This document shows, piece by piece, positions 62,422-64,000 of a stretch of DNA of 64,000 bases; positions within the stretch are counted from its first letter, which is position 1, and each line of letters starts with the position of its first letter. The stretch is from Okamejei kenojei. Its lineage: Eukaryota. A program made the position numbers and the translations under genes. Below the pieces are notes generated by a model. That model was not told where the DNA came from. It saw only the letters and a list, made by a program, of their open reading frames with translations, and did no database searches. Where the stretch lies: contig CM069151.1 of NCBI GenBank assembly GCA_035221665.1, forward strand, positions 37,820,001-37,884,000, read 5' to 3'.

Positions 62422-64000
62422 CTGAAATATGGCAGGCAATAGAGATTATTAAAAGTATTATAATGCAAATTCATGGTATTGACCATAAATTTATTCTCTT
62501 GGTCTACCATAACTTGTACTTTAAGGTTTGATTGCTCTTATGATTCACAAAGAGCTGAGTTTGGAGCTTTATCGGGATCCTTGAAGCACCACAAGAACAA
62601 ATCTTGCACCACTGCTGTAGAAAATGCAGATGTCCTATATGGTGAAGTGGAGAACACCATTGACTTCCAAATGCTACAACGCGCAGCAAACCAGTTACTT
62701 TAAAAATCCTAGCTTCAGAACTCATTGCCTTCTCAGGCAGGCTTCTGACAAAATCTTTTGCAACAGCCTCTAGCAGTATAAGTTTATTATTTCTTGGTGT
62801 ACCCGGGCATGTTTTCACCTCTAACACTTGTCCTGCAGCTCAGCTCACGTAATCATCCAGTCTGACAATAAACAAATACCCAAGGTAATGAGACTTTTAT
62901 CAAAATAGTAGTGCATATCACCCAAAGCTAATGTAGATTTCAGAATCTGCATCCGATTGTACTAATTTGTCCAAGTTGTGCAAATGGTCTTTTAAATTGC
63001 AGTTCATCAAAAGTGCTTAGACATTATTTTTACTTCATTTTTCAGGATGTTGATTGGAGGGATTAGCTAAAGGCCAGCATTAATTGTCCATCTCTAAATG
63101 TCTTTAAGAAAGTATTAATGACCTACTTTCTGTAATTGTCACAGACTCTCTGAATGTTGCAGGATTTTGATCTAGGTTCAGCAAAAGAATTGTAATATAT
63201 TTATAAGTCAAGATGCTGTACTAATTGGAGTAGATCCAAAAAATGGTGGTGTTCCCCTGTGACTCTCTTGTTCGCATAGCTCAGGTTTGAAAGCAACTGC
63301 CTGAGTAGTCTAGGTAAGTAACTGCATACATTTTGTAAATGACACACATTTTATCCACAATGCAAGGGTGGTGGAGGGAATGAATCTTTAATAAAGCAGA
63401 AGAGGTACCAATGGCTTTGTCCCGGATGTTCTCAAATATTGTTGGAAGTGCCTTCATCCAGGCATTAGGGAAGTATTCCATTACATTTTTGACGTGTTTT
63501 GCAGATGGTGAAGAGCCTCAGGGATCTGGGGTATCAGGGGGCAAAACTAATACCTAACATAATTTGCCTTTGTATTTATGTGGCAGGTTATGGTCAATGG
63601 CAGTTGCTGGGGTATTGATAATATGGATCGTAGCAATGGTGAAAAAGTTCAATTTCTGTAACTCCTGTCACTGTTCGCTTATTTGTCCAGGCCTTACTGC
63701 AAACAGGCATGCACTGCTTTACTTTAGAACTTACATATGAAATTGAACATCATGCAAATATCAGCAAGCTTATAATGGAAGGAATGTTATTGATGAGATG
63801 CAGCTGAAGTTGGTTAAGCTTCCTAGCCTTAGAAACTTATGTTCCAATGATTGACCTCCAGCAACCACAACTACCAGTCTGAAGAAGGGTCTCGACTCCA
63901 ACCTCACCCATTCCTTCTCTCCAGAGAATCTACCTGTCCCTCTGAGTTACTCCAGCTTTCTGTGTCTATCTTCGGTTTAAACCAGCATCTGTAGATCCTT

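Noticed and set aside
62056-62862. Selenoprotein reading of the in-frame TGA codons
   Set aside because: TAA/TAG stops and a frameshift also interrupt the frames; no SECIS was recognised.

Overview
Eukaryotic, AT-rich, intron-rich vertebrate DNA. The repeat content (V-SINE/HE1-type and Deu-type SINEs, CR1 LINEs with (ATAGAAAC)n tails, Neptune-type Penelope elements) points to a cartilaginous fish, probably a skate or ray; this is inference. Two convergent spliced genes can be rebuilt by hand with GT-AG sites and consistent phases. (1) On +, a CDHR5-like cadherin: 14 exons at 18999-41122 encoding 4 cadherin repeats, one TM helix, a 21-nt microexon and an about 580-aa acidic tail, plus a candidate signal-peptide exon at 4530. 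(2) On -, an uncharacterised gene: 9 exons at 60451-44320 encoding a low-complexity body and a proline-punctuated amphipathic C-terminus, with stop-containing upstream exons at 62-63 kb. Mobile DNA includes a full-length but inactivated Tc1 transposon (17245-18845) and a Penelope-like RT/GIY-YIG element with inverted terminal repeats (47.5-50.3 kb). Many short derivatives of that element carry a hammerhead-ribozyme-like core. There is also a solo LTR with a 4-bp TSD, CR1/RTE/Rex1 fragments, and a 2.4-kb degenerate 30-bp array. Most ORFs in the supplied track are spurious or repeat-derived.
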